Assembly: GCA_965220995.1 (NCBI GenBank)
Contig: CBDCRL010000001.1
Location: 66,623-130,622, forward strand
Reading direction: 5' to 3'
Source: Acidimicrobiia bacterium
Lineage (GTDB): Bacteria; Actinomycetota; Acidimicrobiia; Spongiisociales; ZC4RG35
Length of the DNA: 64,000 nt
Positions within the stretch are counted from its first letter, which is position 1, and every line of letters starts with the position of its first letter. The notes below the pieces were generated by a model. The model did no database searches. It saw only the letters and a list, made by a program, of their open reading frames with translations, and was not told the DNA's origin. The translations under genes and the position numbers were made by a program. Shown here in pieces: positions 48,294-56,915 of this stretch.

Positions 48294-48784
48294 ACTTCCT
48301 CGGCCACCAACTGCCTGGTCTTGCCGTCCATATCCACCACTTGGTGGGCGGCTTCCTCATATAGGTGACGGCGGGCCTCCCAGATCTCCAGGTAGCGAGC
48401 CCCCAGATCAGAGTGCCCCTGCAAAAGGGGGCGATTATAGGTCTTTCCCTTGGCGATCAGGGACGAGATGGACGGGTTCAGCCAAACCACCAGGCCGGTG
48501 TCCCGCATCAGAACCCGACTGGCCGGATCCAGGATCGCACCACCGCCGGTCGCCACCACCATCTCTCGCCCGTCGCCGGCGATGCGGGCCATCTCGGCGG
48601 ACTCCATGGCTCGAAACGCCGGTTCTCCCTGCTCGGCGAAAATCTGCGGAATGGTCATTCCCGCCCGGTCCACGATCTCGTCGTCCACATCCAAGAACGG
48701 CAGACCGCTTCGGTGTGAGAGCCTCTTGCCGATCTTGGTCTTGCCGGAACTCATCATGCCGATCAGCCACAGCTTGGTGGTCAA
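48269..48784 (-). CDS. aroK: Shikimate kinase
   Basis: LIGMMSSGKT, GEPAFRAME, VATGGG and RPLL; TTG start overlaps the aroC TGA. Confidence 0.94.
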   Translation of the reverse strand: MTTKLWLIGMMSSGKTKIGKRLSHRSGLPFLDVDDEIVDRAGMTIPQIFAEQGEPAFRAMESAEMARIAGDGREMVVATGGGAILDPASRVLMRDTGLVVWLNPSISSLIAKGKTYNRPLLQGHSDLGARYLEIWEARRHLYEEAAHQVVDMDGKTRQLVAEEVWRLWKTS

Positions 48785-49938
48785 AACCGCTCTACCTTCC
48801 TCCAGTGCGACTTCCACCCCGACTTCAGGTCGCGGACGGTATCGCCTCCCACCATCCGCTGCACCTCCTGGGCCAGGATTAACGCCACCATCTGCTCGGC
48901 CACCACCCCCGCGGCGGGGACCGCGCAAACATCGGAACGTTCCCGGAATGCCTTGTGGGGTTGGCGGGTGTCCACGTCCACGGTTTTGAGGGGACGCATC
49001 ACGGTGGAGATGGGCTTCATGGCGGCCCGCACTCTCAGGATCCCCCCCAGAGTGATTCCGCCTTCGGTGCCGCCCGCCCGATTGGTCAGCCGGTAATACC
49101 CCTCTTGGTCCCCGTAGAAGATCTCGTCATGGGCCACGGTTCCCCGCCGGGCCGCGGAACGGAACCCATCCCCGATCTCCACCCCTTTGATGGCATGTAT
49201 CGACATCAGGGCCTCCGCCAACCGGGCATCAAGCTTGCGGTCCCAGTGGACGTGGCTGCCAATTCCGGGAGGCAGACCGTAGGCCAGCACCTCCACCACC
49301 CCGCCCAGGGTGTTGCGGTCGGCCTTGGCAGCCTCGATTGCGGCCACCATAGGACCCTCCACCTCAGGATGAAACACCCGCACCGGCGACTGGTCGATCG
49401 CCATCAGATCGGAGGGATCCGGCAACGGATAGTCCGGAGCACTGACCCCGCCGATGGACACCACATGACTGAACACCTGCACGTCCAAGGCGGCCAACAG
49501 CACCTTGGACAGATATCCCACCACCGTGCGGGCGGCGGTTTCCCGCGCCGATGCTCTCTCCAGGATGTTGCGGGCGTCGTGGGTGTCGTATTTGATCATC
49601 CCGGCCAGATCGGCATGACCCGGACGGGGGGCGGTCATCTGCCGCCGGGGTTCGTGTCCGGGAAAGGGACTCATCTCCTTCTCCCACTTGGGCCATTCGG
49701 TGTTGCGGATAATCACCGCCACCGGGCTTCCCAGCGTGTATCCGTGCCGCACCCCACCCATGATCTCAAACTTGTCCTTCTCCAGTTTCTGTCGATTGCC
49801 CCGCCCAAATCCCATCCAACGCCGCGCCAACTCACCGGCCAAACCCTCGGGTTGGATTTCCAATCCGGCCGGTAGCCCCTCCACGACGGTCACCAACCCC
49901 GGCCCGTGCGATTCCCCTGCCGTCAGAAACCGAAGCAT
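48781..49938 (-). CDS. aroC: Chorismate synthase
   Basis: FLTAGESHG, PRPGHAD, ERASARET, NRAGGTEGG, MKPIST and RSDVCAVP. Confidence 0.98.
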   Translation of the reverse strand: MLRFLTAGESHGPGLVTVVEGLPAGLEIQPEGLAGELARRWMGFGRGNRQKLEKDKFEIMGGVRHGYTLGSPVAVIIRNTEWPKWEKEMSPFPGHEPRRQMTAPRPGHADLAGMIKYDTHDARNILERASARETAARTVVGYLSKVLLAALDVQVFSHVVSIGGVSAPDYPLPDPSDLMAIDQSPVRVFHPEVEGPMVAAIEAAKADRNTLGGVVEVLAYGLPPGIGSHVHWDRKLDARLAEALMSIHAIKGVEIGDGFRSAARRGTVAHDEIFYGDQEGYYRLTNRAGGTEGGITLGGILRVRAAMKPISTVMRPLKTVDVDTRQPHKAFRERSDVCAVPAAGVVAEQMVALILAQEVQRMVGGDTVRDLKSGWKSHWRKVERF

Positions 49939-50096
49939 GCCTCAAGATGCTACCGCCCAGGACACCCCCCGCCTTTCACGGCCCATGCGGGAAGAACCCC
50001 GACCCGAAGACTCGGCCCTTTCCTATGCTTGTGGCGGAGCCGACTGCATCGAAAAGGCGCAAAGTGCACACAGCCAGGGAGAATCGTGGTGGACCG

Positions 50097-50843
50097 GTGG
50101 TGGAATGGGGGTACCGCGGGCCGGGCAGACCGGAAAACTGGGGGTCGCTGTCAAAGGACTACCAGACTTGCGCCACGGGCCGACAGCAATCCCCGATTGA
50201 CATCACCGGATACCAGGTCAGAACCGAAAACCTCCGCAAGATCGGGTTCTCATACGTCACACCCGCACAGCGCATACGAAACGACGGCTTGTTCGTTCAC
50301 ATCGATTTTCCGCCGGGCAACGCCTTCCGAGTTGACGAGCGTTCCTATCAACTGACCTCCGCTCACTTCCATTGTCCGTCCGAGCACCATGTGGACGGTG
50401 TCAGCTATGCGGCAGAACTGCACCTGGTGCATGCCGACGACAATGACAGCCTGGCCGTGGTGGGCCAACTGTTCGAGTTGGGTTCCCCCGGTGCACTCAT
50501 CCAAATGGTTTTGGATGCTGTCCCTCCGGTAGACCAAAAAGCCACCAACCCTCCCGACCTTGGCGCTCATGACTTTCTGCCGCCCCACCTCACCTATTTC
50601 CGGTACGACGGTTCCAAGACCACCCCCCCGTGCGACGAACCGGTCGACTGGTACGTGATAAGCCGACCCAGAACCATCTCAACCAGCCAGGTAAACAGCC
50701 TGCTCCAACGAAGCGGCGGCCCCAACAACCGCCCCATCCAACCCATCGGAGACCGTTGGATCGTATTGGTGGATCTTCGGAAATTAGTGGGGAGTGGGGA
50801 ATCCATTGATTGTGGGGGAGGGTCCTCCATAATCGGGTGCTGA
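50097..50843 (+). CDS. Alpha-class carbonic anhydrase; C-terminus extended by read-through into the IS
   Basis: WGY, QSPID, HFH..SEH..ELHLVH, GSKTTPPC and RPIQP. The original end IVLVR* is reconstructable from the 3' flank. Start approximate. Confidence 0.92.
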   Translation: MVEWGYRGPGRPENWGSLSKDYQTCATGRQQSPIDITGYQVRTENLRKIGFSYVTPAQRIRNDGLFVHIDFPPGNAFRVDERSYQLTSAHFHCPSEHHVDGVSYAAELHLVHADDNDSLAVVGQLFELGSPGALIQMVLDAVPPVDQKATNPPDLGAHDFLPPHLTYFRYDGSKTTPPCDEPVDWYVISRPRTISTSQVNSLLQRSGGPNNRPIQPIGDRWIVLVDLRKLVGSGESIDCGGGSSIIGC

Positions 50844-50870
50844 AAGCAGTCGCATCTGAAAGGAGGACCC
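50806..50870 (+). promoter_or_regulatory. Putative transposase promoter and RBS-sequestering inverted repeat
   Basis: TTGATT-16 bp-CATAAT (50806-50833); GGGTCCTCC (50820-28) is complementary to GGAGGACCC (50862-70), which contains the SD. Confidence 0.55.
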
Positions 50871-50871
50871 T

Positions 50872-52167
50872 GTGGAGACTGATGGTAGGCGTATGTGTGA
50901 GGTGTTGGTCGGGTTGGGTGACGTGGACTTGGTAGGGGTGGAGGAGCTTTCGGGTGACCGGTTGAGGGTGACGATCAGATCGGGCGCTTTTCGTCCAGTA
51001 TGCGATGAGTGCGGTGGTGGGGTGTGGTCGAAGGGCTATCGGACGGTGGGGTTGGTGGATTTGCCGGCGTTTGGGCGGCCGGTGCGGTTGCGGTGGCGGA
51101 AACGTCGTTGGATGTGTCCTGATGGGGAATGCGGCGTGGGGTCGTTTGTGGAACAGGACGAGTCGGTGGCGCCGGAGCGGGCTTTGTTGACGTCTCGGGC
51201 GGGGCGGTGGGTCACTTATCAGGTGGGCCGTTTGGGGCGTACTGTGTCGGAGGTGGCCGCCGAGTTGGGGTGTGATTGGCATACGGTGAACCAGGAGACC
51301 GTCCGATGGGGAAAGTCGCTGTTGGAAGCCGACACCGCCCGGTTCGGGCGGGTGGAGGCGGTGGGAGTGGACGAGACCCTGTTCTGGAAGAAGGGCCGGT
51401 GGCGTACCAAGCAGTGGTGCACGTCGGTGGTGGATGTCGGTGGGTGTCAGTTGTTGGACATAGTGCCTGGTAGAACCGTAAAAAGCGCGGCTGGTTGGTT
51501 CCGGAACCAACCAGAGGGGTGGCGTGAGGCGATCAAGTGGGCGGTGTTGGACTTGTCCGGCCCTTATCAGGTGGCCTACGACCAGGTGTTGCCCCACGCC
51601 TTTCAGGTGGCTGACCCGTTTCATGTCATCAGGTTGGCTAACCGCACCGTCGATCAGGTCCGATGCCGGGTGCAGAACGAGACACTGGGACACCGGGGAC
51701 GCAAACGCGACCCGCTGTATCGCATACGACGGCTTTTGATAATGGCCCATGAAAGGATCGACAGCCACGGCGAATCCCGCCTCCGGGGCTTGTTACGGGC
51801 TGGTGACCCCTACGGAGAGGTACGGGATGCCTGGTCGGCTAAGGAAAGCGTCCGGGACATCTACCAGATCGGAGACCCACAACTGGCTTGGGAGTTCACC
51901 CAGCAGCTGGCCTCGGATCTGCAGGACCGGTCACTCCCTCCAGAGGTGAACCGCCTGGGACGGACCATCAGCAGGTGGGCCACCCAGATCACCAACTGGC
52001 ATCACTCGAAAGTGACGAACGGACCCACCGAGGGACTGAACAACCTGATCAAACGGATCAAACGAGCAGCATTCGGTTTTCGGAACTTCGACAACTACCG
52101 AATCCGAGCACTCCTCTACGCCGGAAAACCCAACTGGAAACTCCTCGCAACCATCACTCCCCACTAA
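50872..52167 (+). CDS. ISL3 family transposase
   Basis: Protein identical to copy 1 except one residue (QPEG versus QPAG). Confidence 0.96.
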   Translation: METDGRRMCEVLVGLGDVDLVGVEELSGDRLRVTIRSGAFRPVCDECGGGVWSKGYRTVGLVDLPAFGRPVRLRWRKRRWMCPDGECGVGSFVEQDESVAPERALLTSRAGRWVTYQVGRLGRTVSEVAAELGCDWHTVNQETVRWGKSLLEADTARFGRVEAVGVDETLFWKKGRWRTKQWCTSVVDVGGCQLLDIVPGRTVKSAAGWFRNQPEGWREAIKWAVLDLSGPYQVAYDQVLPHAFQVADPFHVIRLANRTVDQVRCRVQNETLGHRGRKRDPLYRIRRLLIMAHERIDSHGESRLRGLLRAGDPYGEVRDAWSAKESVRDIYQIGDPQLAWEFTQQLASDLQDRSLPPEVNRLGRTISRWATQITNWHHSKVTNGPTEGLNNLIKRIKRAAFGFRNFDNYRIRALLYAGKPNWKLLATITPH

Positions 52168-52624
52168 TTTCCGAAGTACCGTATTGGTGCGCTGAACCGG
52201 GCCGGCGAACCTGAACGACTCACCGGTAAAAGGCCACCCCACCCGGTGTCGATCACCGGCGGTCGTGGGATGATCTGGCCGAGCTTCGTGACAAAATGGG
52301 GAATAGTGAACATACAAATTGTGGAATAGTGCCTTGAGAATTTGCGGATTAGCAGAATTCCGGGCCGGGATCCTGCTCCACACCGGACCACAGTCCGTGA
52401 CGGTAGGCGACCGACTCCACCTCCGCCCCATCAGCATGCTCTGGTCCAACCCGAACTGATGTGAATCCGGCAGGGTACAAGGATGGTATCAGCTCGAACA
52501 CTTCGAAGACCTATTCCGAACAATCCCTGACCTTCCGGTCGGGCGACGCGCGATAGCGGAGTTGAGAGCAATCGGGCACCTCTGCCCAGGCGCATCACGG
52601 ACATTTGCAGTGCAGTGGGTGCTT

Positions 52625-53290
52625 TCAATGATCGCCTACCCCAACTCCCGGGATGGTTTCCAACAGGAGGTACATGCCTGATGATGGGTTGTTGTCCGGA
52701 AACCGTTTTCCCTCGCTCTCATGCATTTGTTCCAGTAACCGAGCATGTCTCACTGCCTGCCCGCGCCTGGGCATGTACATTGCGCCGTCCACCCTCTTTT
52801 CTCCGGGTTTGCTTCCGTCATATTGCTTGCGTATGCGATCAGCGTCCTTCTTGGTGAGCCATTGGCGACAGTGCTCAAAGTGGAGAGCAAGCCAAACCTC
52901 AAAGCACGGATTTGATACGGCAGTATGGATACCGACCTTTTTTGCCAGGGCCAACGCTTGGTGGAGGTCCGGATGATTGTCCGGCCACTCCACATCAAAG
53001 AGACACCAGATTTCGTCAATTTCTCTGCTCTCGTAAGTGCTGCGTTGTAAGGCGTCCTCTGCTGCTTTGACCAGCTTGAGTGGGGGCGTGATACCGATTG
53101 TCCCTTTGCTTACCTGGATTTCCACCGCAGCCACCTGATGAACCGAAGGGTCTCCCTTCAGCGCCCTTATGTAGTCCGGTTCCGTTACATCCCCTTCGCA
53201 AAACACCAGCAATGTTTTCTTGGGCTTGCGTATCCCGACTTTGCGTCGATTTCGTCTTCTGTGAACCCTTTGTCGAGAACCCCTGGCCAT
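52625..53290 (-). CDS. RloB family (TOPRIM-like) protein
   Basis: LVFCEGDVTEPDYI, WCLFDVE and SNPCFEVWLALHFE; C-terminal NPSS.MY.L. Confidence 0.9.
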   Translation of the reverse strand: MARGSRQRVHRRRNRRKVGIRKPKKTLLVFCEGDVTEPDYIRALKGDPSVHQVAAVEIQVSKGTIGITPPLKLVKAAEDALQRSTYESREIDEIWCLFDVEWPDNHPDLHQALALAKKVGIHTAVSNPCFEVWLALHFEHCRQWLTKKDADRIRKQYDGSKPGEKRVDGAMYMPRRGQAVRHARLLEQMHESEGKRFPDNNPSSGMYLLLETIPGVGVGDH

Positions 53291-54531
53291 CAGAATCCCC
53301 TGACAGACAATCCGATGGTGTTGCGAAGAGCCGCCTGGTCGGCCTCGGGAATGCCCCCAAATCTACCTTGCAGATATGCCTTCTCGAGATTCACCGACCT
53401 TCTTACTCTCTCGGTTCCGAATTCGGCAAGGGCTGTGAGGCTTGAAACCCCGTCGGTTCCTTTCTCGGTGAACCACACCTCGTCGCGATTCAACACTTCC
53501 AGTAGTGATGGGTCGTGAGTTGTGAAGATCAACTGAGCATTATGGGGATTGGTCAGCGGATCCTCGAAGACTTCGATCAGTTGACGGGACAGCTTAGGAT
53601 GCAGGCTTGCGTCGATCTCATCAAACAGCAGGACCCGACCTCCTTTGAGTGCTTGAAGCATTGGCGCCAATGTGCGGAACCAGGCCTGCGTACCAGCGGA
53701 CTCCTCCCTGAACGGAATCCCGTACTCCTCCTCCCCGATATGGCGCTTGAATCGCAGTTCGCGACGGGAGGCATCAGGAGGCCTCTCCCCCTCAGTCACC
53801 TCAGTGAATTCCACATCTACGATGGTCGGATCCGCCCACTGCAACATGCCCAACGCAACCAGCCGATCCTGATCTGTGGACGCGCCGCCCGGTTTCCCCC
53901 TGTTGGCAAATAGGCCGAGAGAAGACCCCCCACGAAGATAAGGACGCATCCTCCACACTCCCATGGGAATCATTCCCGAGATTATTCGACCAGCCTTCTC
54001 GACATTTGGCATCCGAAAACGGGTGGCCGCCGAGAGAGCCAAGGTAGTTGGACTCATCAGCTCTCTGACGGCGCCGGCGCCACTCAAACCCCTACGGAAA
54101 CGGATGCCATCGTCTTCCCGCTCGAAAAGGGTTCGCCTCCTGCGCTGCGGATAACTGAAGAGACTTTCATATCGCACTTTCGTATCATCGACCTCAAGCC
54201 GGTATTCGTACTCAACCCCATCAGCAACGAGAGACACATCAAAAGCCGATGGCCTGGTAGGACCATCCCTAAAAATATGGGGGGCACGTGGAACATACTC
54301 GTCCCAGCCACGAAGAGATCGACCGACAGCCGTGGACAACCACGTGATCGCGTGTAGGAGATTGCTCTTTCCAGAGGCATTCGGGCCGTAGATTCCTCCG
54401 ACCGTCAGGACCTGTTCGGTGAGGAGCTCGAACTCTCGGACCGCCGGACGATCGGTGTCAACGGCGACCATCGAGAATTCGACCCTATCGAGAAAAGAAC
54501 GGTGATTTGAGACCTGGAAACTGAGCAACAC
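53290..54531 (-). CDS. AAA_21/ABC-type ATPase (RloA/AbiLi-like)
   Basis: MLLSFQVSNHRSF, IYGPNASGKSN, ESAGT, DEIDASLHP, QLIFTTHD and YLQGRFGGIP; overlaps the rloB start. Confidence 0.92.
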   Translation of the reverse strand: MLLSFQVSNHRSFLDRVEFSMVAVDTDRPAVREFELLTEQVLTVGGIYGPNASGKSNLLHAITWLSTAVGRSLRGWDEYVPRAPHIFRDGPTRPSAFDVSLVADGVEYEYRLEVDDTKVRYESLFSYPQRRRRTLFEREDDGIRFRRGLSGAGAVRELMSPTTLALSAATRFRMPNVEKAGRIISGMIPMGVWRMRPYLRGGSSLGLFANRGKPGGASTDQDRLVALGMLQWADPTIVDVEFTEVTEGERPPDASRRELRFKRHIGEEEYGIPFREESAGTQAWFRTLAPMLQALKGGRVLLFDEIDASLHPKLSRQLIEVFEDPLTNPHNAQLIFTTHDPSLLEVLNRDEVWFTEKGTDGVSSLTALAEFGTERVRRSVNLEKAYLQGRFGGIPEADQAALRNTIGLSVRGF

Positions 54532-54900
54532 GGTAAGTCCTCCGAGCCATTGGGAAGCACTTTCAACCCATTCTAGGTGAGAAAATCACGAAATACGCCA
54601 TCAGAGCGCGTGATATTGCACTTTTAGTCAAAATAGCCTGGGGAAAATAGGACACAATGATCGAATCAACGTCAATGGCCCCTACAGAACCAAAACCCGG
54701 CGTCGGTTCATATCATGATCCAACCTCAAGCACCCGCCTTACGTCTCCGGTTGACGGTTTTCGACCACAAAAATGGGGGTGCCCCGCCGTGATGATCCGT
54801 GGCGAAGACGAGCAGGATACGATTCTGCCGGTGGCAGAGCGGAAGGCGATGAGGGAGTGGTCACCCCTATCCACCACCAAGCTTGCCGGTGATTCCAAGA

Positions 54901-56811
54901 TCAGTTGGTGGGGACCTTGAGAATCCAGTCGATGTGGATCAGATCGGGGTTGGTGAGAGACCGCCCGTCGGCCTGGGGTTGGCGCTTGTTGAGGGCGAAG
55001 ATTTCTGGCCAGCGGAGTTCGGATCCCAACAGGGAGCGGGCTATCGAGCGTAGAGTGTCGCCGGGTTTCACCCGGTAGGAGCGGGTTGACTCGAGCATCG
55101 TGATCCGCCCGCCGCCGTCGGTGGGATAGGCCGCGGCGGTGATCTTCCCGCCCAGGTCCAGGGCGACGTAATCGGCCAGGGCCTGCTGGTAGGTGACCGG
55201 AAGCTGGGTGGTTTTGACATCACCGAGGGGATAGCAATCGCCTCCCCGAGCCAGGAAATCCACCGTTGCCAAAGTCACGGGATCGCCGGGAACCACCGCG
55301 CCGTCCTGGACGATCTCCGTGCCGTCGGACAGGGTCACCTTCCGAACCCGCTGGCCGGGGGATCCCACAATCGCACAGTCGGCGGACCGATCCACCTCCT
55401 GAGCGGCGGCTTCGGGGGCGTACTCGAAGGTGAACCCCGACACCTGGGCAAACTGACCCCCCGCCCCGGGCAAGCGGCTCACCGCCTGCTCCAGCAGGAG
55501 CCGGAAGGTTTCCCGAGGGACCTCCCCCACCATCACGTAGTTGTGAAATACGGCAATATCCCAGGTCATCCCCGTGGTGAAATCCCCGGCGGGGATCACC
55601 GAGTCATTGCGGATCCCTCCCCCGTTGATCACCGCCACCACCGGTGAGGAGGCGCCGAAATCGGGGGCAAGATGTGAAGCCCGGCTACGGATGGCGTCTG
55701 CCAAAAGATTCCCGACGTTGGTGTCGGTGGTGCGCACCATCGAACGACGACCATCCAGATCGACCTCACTCACCCCGATCACCTGGGTGTCCAGGGCCGC
55801 CACCGCCGCCGCCAGCGGGTCGATCACCGCCGCCTGCACCGTGGGATCTGCAACGGTGTCCAAACCCACTCCCACCGAGCGACCCTTCGCTCCGACCACG
55901 GCGCCGTCGGAATCGAAAACCACCGTAAGCTCGCCGATGCATCGGTATCCGCCGGGAGCGGTGATCACCGGGACCTGGGCGCCGGAGGCATCCGCCACCA
56001 TCAGCGGGTATGGACCGGCAGGTTCTTCATCGGGCATGCACGTATCGCCCTGGTTGGCCAACAGATCATCCCCACCGCCGGCGATCACCACGTCCACCCC
56101 CGTGAGTTCGGCCACCAATGCCACCTCCTCAGCCACATCCTGAAGATGGCTGACCAGGATGATCTTGTCAACTCCCTCACCGGTCAACTCGGACACTGCC
56201 TCGGCCACCGCCGGCGCCACTTCCGAGACCAACACATTCCGGGGACTGGAGATGTTGGCCAGCCAGGGCGTCACCGCGCCAATCACTCCAATCTTCTCAT
56301 CCCCGATCTCGATCACCACGCTCTTGGCAAGCAAACCGGCCTGCTCCAGAGCAGAGAGAGCGGGCTCACCGGAAAAGTCCAGGTTGGCGGCGAGAAACGG
56401 AACAGGCGGTGTGAAACCCTCGATGAACCGGGCAGTCACATCCGGCCCAAGGTCAAAATCATGGTTGCCCAGGGCCATGGCGTCGTAAAGTCCGCTCAGA
56501 GCTACCGAGTCATAAAGCGGGGCGCCTTGGCGGGCGAGCGAGACGCCCAGTTCCTGGGAGGCGAGGAAATTGTCCCCGGAAGTGAGAGTGATCACCGCTC
56601 CGGTGGCGTCAGCTTGGAGTTGTCGCATGATCGTCGCAAACCGAGCTACGCCCGGATATCCGGCATCCGCGTCTTCCAACAGCTTGGATTCCCCGTCGTT
56701 GTTGTGGAGAATCACCAAAGTGAACTCTCCGTTTTCGGCATCCCCGTCCGCGGAAACGACGGGCGTCACCAACAGAAGACCCAACAACAAGGTCAGAGCC
56801 ACAAGACGCAT
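54901..56811 (-). CDS. Secreted 5'-nucleotidase/PhoA-type metallophosphoesterase with a C-terminal LysM domain
   Basis: Signal peptide; LHNNDGES, SGDNF, LGNHDFD and NGGGIR; tail YRVKPGDTLRSIA..LG...RWPEIFALN. Confidence 0.88.
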   Translation of the reverse strand: MRLVALTLLLGLLLVTPVVSADGDAENGEFTLVILHNNDGESKLLEDADAGYPGVARFATIMRQLQADATGAVITLTSGDNFLASQELGVSLARQGAPLYDSVALSGLYDAMALGNHDFDLGPDVTARFIEGFTPPVPFLAANLDFSGEPALSALEQAGLLAKSVVIEIGDEKIGVIGAVTPWLANISSPRNVLVSEVAPAVAEAVSELTGEGVDKIILVSHLQDVAEEVALVAELTGVDVVIAGGGDDLLANQGDTCMPDEEPAGPYPLMVADASGAQVPVITAPGGYRCIGELTVVFDSDGAVVGAKGRSVGVGLDTVADPTVQAAVIDPLAAAVAALDTQVIGVSEVDLDGRRSMVRTTDTNVGNLLADAIRSRASHLAPDFGASSPVVAVINGGGIRNDSVIPAGDFTTGMTWDIAVFHNYVMVGEVPRETFRLLLEQAVSRLPGAGGQFAQVSGFTFEYAPEAAAQEVDRSADCAIVGSPGQRVRKVTLSDGTEIVQDGAVVPGDPVTLATVDFLARGGDCYPLGDVKTTQLPVTYQQALADYVALDLGGKITAAAYPTDGGGRITMLESTRSYRVKPGDTLRSIARSLLGSELRWPEIFALNKRQPQADGRSLTNPDLIHIDWILKVPTN

Positions 56812-56915
56812 CAGATGTCCCCTGTCAGGCTTATAGACGAAAATCGCAGACTCCTTTCAGACTGGTTCCGCTCAGACTATTCCCCCGGACCAGGACACCG
56901 GTTGGCTCGGCCGGG

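Larger units (their letters stand above)
50771..52180 (+). mobile_element. ISL3-family insertion sequence, copy 2 (1410 bp)
   Basis: Same terminal IRs as copy 1; perfect 8-bp target duplication GTATTGGT (50763-70 and 52181-88). Confidence 0.96.

Noticed and set aside
49947-50096. Long N-terminal extension of the carbonic anhydrase
   Set aside because: Lies in the aroC/CA divergent promoter region, is low complexity and is not signal-like; a start near 50097 fits the family better.
14200-50770. Composite transposon or an existing inversion between the two IS copies
   Set aside because: Each copy has its own target duplication, and the interval holds essential core genes.
52431-52628. Small ORF downstream of rloB as a third defence gene
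   Set aside because: No recognisable motif; overlapping start is suggestive only.
54657-54920. 87-aa ORF between the ATPase and the nucleotidase
   Set aside because: No motif; opposite strand to both neighbours and overlapping a stop codon; probably spurious.
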